64,000 nucleotides of DNA from Methanobacteriota archaeon (GTDB lineage: Archaea; Thermoplasmatota; Poseidoniia; Poseidoniales; Poseidoniaceae), in the NCBI GenBank assembly GCA_004195515.1, contig PSPR01000009.1:13170-77169 (forward strand). Reading direction: 5' to 3'. Made by a program: the position numbers and the translations under genes. Under the pieces are notes generated by a model. It searched no databases. It was not told the DNA's origin and worked only from the letters and a program-made list of their open reading frames with translations. Positions 61,902 to 64,000 of the stretch are shown here, piece by piece. Numbering within the stretch: position 1 is the stretch's first letter; every line of letters starts with the position of its first letter.

Positions 61902-64000
61902 ACCTTCTCTTTGACTCCTTCTTGTTCAATCACTTCTTCGGTTTGGTCTTGTTCGGAAATTGCATTAACGATCTCTCGGTGCTCTTCGATATCTTCGGTC
62001 AATTCTTCAGTTCTTTCTGCGAGTGCCTCGAATCCTGTTGAGGAATCGTCCTCTTGTTCGATGTGATTCAACAAACCACCAAGGCTCTTTGGAGCATTGA
62101 GCGGTTCTGGAACCTCTGGCATTCCTTCAGACATCAATCTGGCCTCCTCTATCCTCGAATGATTCTTGTCACTCGCTTCTTTTGCTTCTTTCTCGGCCAA
62201 TGATCCTAATTCGATCGCACGCTGGCGGTTGAAATCCAAAATTCGGCGAGAGCATCCATCTCCACCGTGGGTAATTCCGATGTGGTGGTCGGCTAATTCT
62301 AGTGAGACCTTGCGCAATGTGACCATGATGAATTGAGCCGATTCGCTGCGGTTACGGCATTCTTTAGCGATCAATCTAGAATTTGGAACGTCGAGATTTT
62401 GGTCGACTTCATCAAAGTAGTAAAATGGGCTCGGGTCGTAATCCTGAATTGCGAAAATCATCGCCAAAGAGGCCATTGATTGCTCGCCACCGGAGAGTTG
62501 GCGTCGGTTAACTTTAGCATTCTTTCCTTTTGGTTGAGCCCATAATTCCAGTCCAGCCTTGAACGGTTCGTCGGGGTTTTCAAGGAATAATTCCCCTCTT
62601 CCACCATCTGATAAGCGCTTGTAGACCTTCTTGAAATTCTTATTGACTTCTTTGAGAGTTGCCAATAGACGGGTTTTCCTCGAGGTCTCTAATTTATCGG
62701 TAATATCTATCAAGCGTTTTCTGCGCTCTTGTAGGGTCTTGAAATCGGATTTCATCTCATCCAACCTTTCTTTGCAAGCACTATATTGTTCAATCGCGAG
62801 CATATTTACTGGGCCAAACCGATCGAGTTTTCTTTGCAGGTCTCGTAATTTCTTTTCAGCTTGTCCAACATTTGGCAAAATCGCATTCGGATCTGCAACT
62901 GGGATATTGATATCTGCCATTTCGACCAATAAATCGGATAGTACACCTTGGCGAGACGAAATTGAACGAGCGATGTCTTCAGCCATCGATCGCGAGTGGA
63001 TGATATTGTTTGCTTTTTGAGTCGCATTTGCACGCAGGTCCGCTCTCCTTTCGGTCAACCCTGTCTTTTCAGTTTCAAGTCCAACGTGTTCTTCAAGCAA
63101 GATACTTCGCTCTGCTTCTTTTGACGCTAAGACTGCACCATCCTCATCTATAGCAGCAGTCCAGGAAGTAATTGAAATTACTCTTCCTGCCATTGCAGAT
63201 TGTATTTCATCGGCACGAGTGGTCAAAGAGTCTGCTCTTTGAGATAATAATTGGCTCTTTTCTTGGCCGCTGTCGAGCATGACGCTCGCTTTGGTCGATG
63301 CACCCTCTGCATTTACTCGAAGGCTTTGTGCTGCTAGTAAACGGGTTCGAATCCCTTCGGGTGAGGAGTTCTGGAGGTTTTCATTAGCCTGATCTCGAGC
63401 TGCTTCAGCTTCAATAAATTTAATCTGTGCAGATTCGACCATACTGAGTTTTCCTGTATGGTCTGCCTCGAGATTTTTCAATCTGGTTTCGAGTTGAGTC
63501 GCTGCACCACGAGCTTTGTCGAGGGCTTTTTTGGCCAATTCCATTTCGGCATTCCACGAACCAACCTTTACTGAAAAGTCATCTTCAGCCAATGAATTAA
63601 TTAAAGCCCGCACCGATTGCTGTTGTGATATAGCCTCGCGCAAGGCTGCAGCAACGGTTTGTTCCATCAAAGAAAGACGATCGACCTCTGCACCAAGAGT
63701 TTCTACCTCGGACGCCCCTTGGATTTTTCCACCAAATCCAGTTTTCATTCGTGCTTTTGATCCACCGACCATCGCACCACCCGGTTCGGTGACTTCGCCA
63801 CCGAGTGTAACCAATCTCACACCACCCATCAAGCGGCGAGCAGTAGCCAAATTATCGACCACAAGAGTATTGCGCAATGCATATGCGACCGCTGTTGCAA
63901 TCCGAGGATCATAATCCAATAATTCATGAGCAAAACCGATCACACCTGGTTTTCGTGCTACCATGGATGCCTTTCCGCTAGACCGATTTGTCTGTAATTT
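61898..64000 (-). CDS. smc: Chromosome segregation protein SMC (C-terminal part, truncated by window edge)
   Basis: Hinge end RLVTLGGE....GAMVGG, coiled coil, PVNMLA, LSGGEQS, PFYYFDEVD, QFIMVT; frame open to 64000. Confidence 0.97.
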   Translation of the reverse strand, partial: KLQTNRSSGKASMVARKPGVIGFAHELLDYDPRIATAVAYALRNTLVVDNLATARRLMGGVRLVTLGGEVTEPGGAMVGGSKARMKTGFGGKIQGASEVETLGAEVDRLSLMEQTVAAALREAISQQQSVRALINSLAEDDFSVKVGSWNAEMELAKKALDKARGAATQLETRLKNLEADHTGKLSMVESAQIKFIEAEAARDQANENLQNSSPEGIRTRLLAAQSLRVNAEGASTKASVMLDSGQEKSQLLSQRADSLTTRADEIQSAMAGRVISITSWTAAIDEDGAVLASKEAERSILLEEHVGLETEKTGLTERRADLRANATQKANNIIHSRSMAEDIARSISSRQGVLSDLLVEMADINIPVADPNAILPNVGQAEKKLRDLQRKLDRFGPVNMLAIEQYSACKERLDEMKSDFKTLQERRKRLIDITDKLETSRKTRLLATLKEVNKNFKKVYKRLSDGGRGELFLENPDEPFKAGLELWAQPKGKNAKVNRRQLSGGEQSMASLAMIFAIQDYDPSPFYYFDEVDQNLDVPNSRLIAKECRNRSESAQFIMVTLRKVSLELADHHIGITHGGDGCSRRILDFNRQRAIELGSLAEKEAKEASDKNHSRIEEARLMSEGMPEVPEPLNAPKSLGGLLNHIEQEDDSSTGFEALAERTEELTEDIEEHREIVNAISEQDQTEEVIEQEGVKEKV

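Overview
Gene-dense, mostly core chromosomal segment of an archaeon, most likely Marine Group II (Ca. Poseidoniales, Thermoplasmatota). The taxonomic call is an inference. It rests on archaeal information genes (rps6e, aIF2-gamma, Cdc6/Orc1, Hel308, Cgi121, Dph2, RPA) occurring with bacterial-type gyrase, class II CCA enzyme, class II HMG-CoA reductase and MoaA, plus large acidic membrane-anchored PKD/peptidase proteins. About 56 CDS; no rRNA, tRNA, CRISPR array or mobile element was recognised. The window is rich in chromosome-maintenance genes (rpa, hel308, gyrBA, cdc6, smc-scpA-scpB), and gene orientation diverges around 30-36 kb. Most interesting unexplained items: (1) a translationally coupled operon of a degenerate STAND/Cdc6-like ATPase-wHTH, a beta-propeller protein and DUF357, behind a perfect 22-bp palindrome; (2) a lone phage-tail-like (Mu gpN/P2 GpU-like) gene heading a minimal archaeal Tad/type IV pilus operon downstream of rpa; (3) a triple-SAP protein and a membrane protein with a SAP/LEM-like motif; (4) a set of intact proteins with degenerate active-site motifs (HemC-like, Pcm-like, GcvH-like, AroD); (5) structured intergenic regions upstream of rpa, hel308 and gyrB, the last a candidate replication origin. 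Family assignments come from motif recognition by eye, not database searches.
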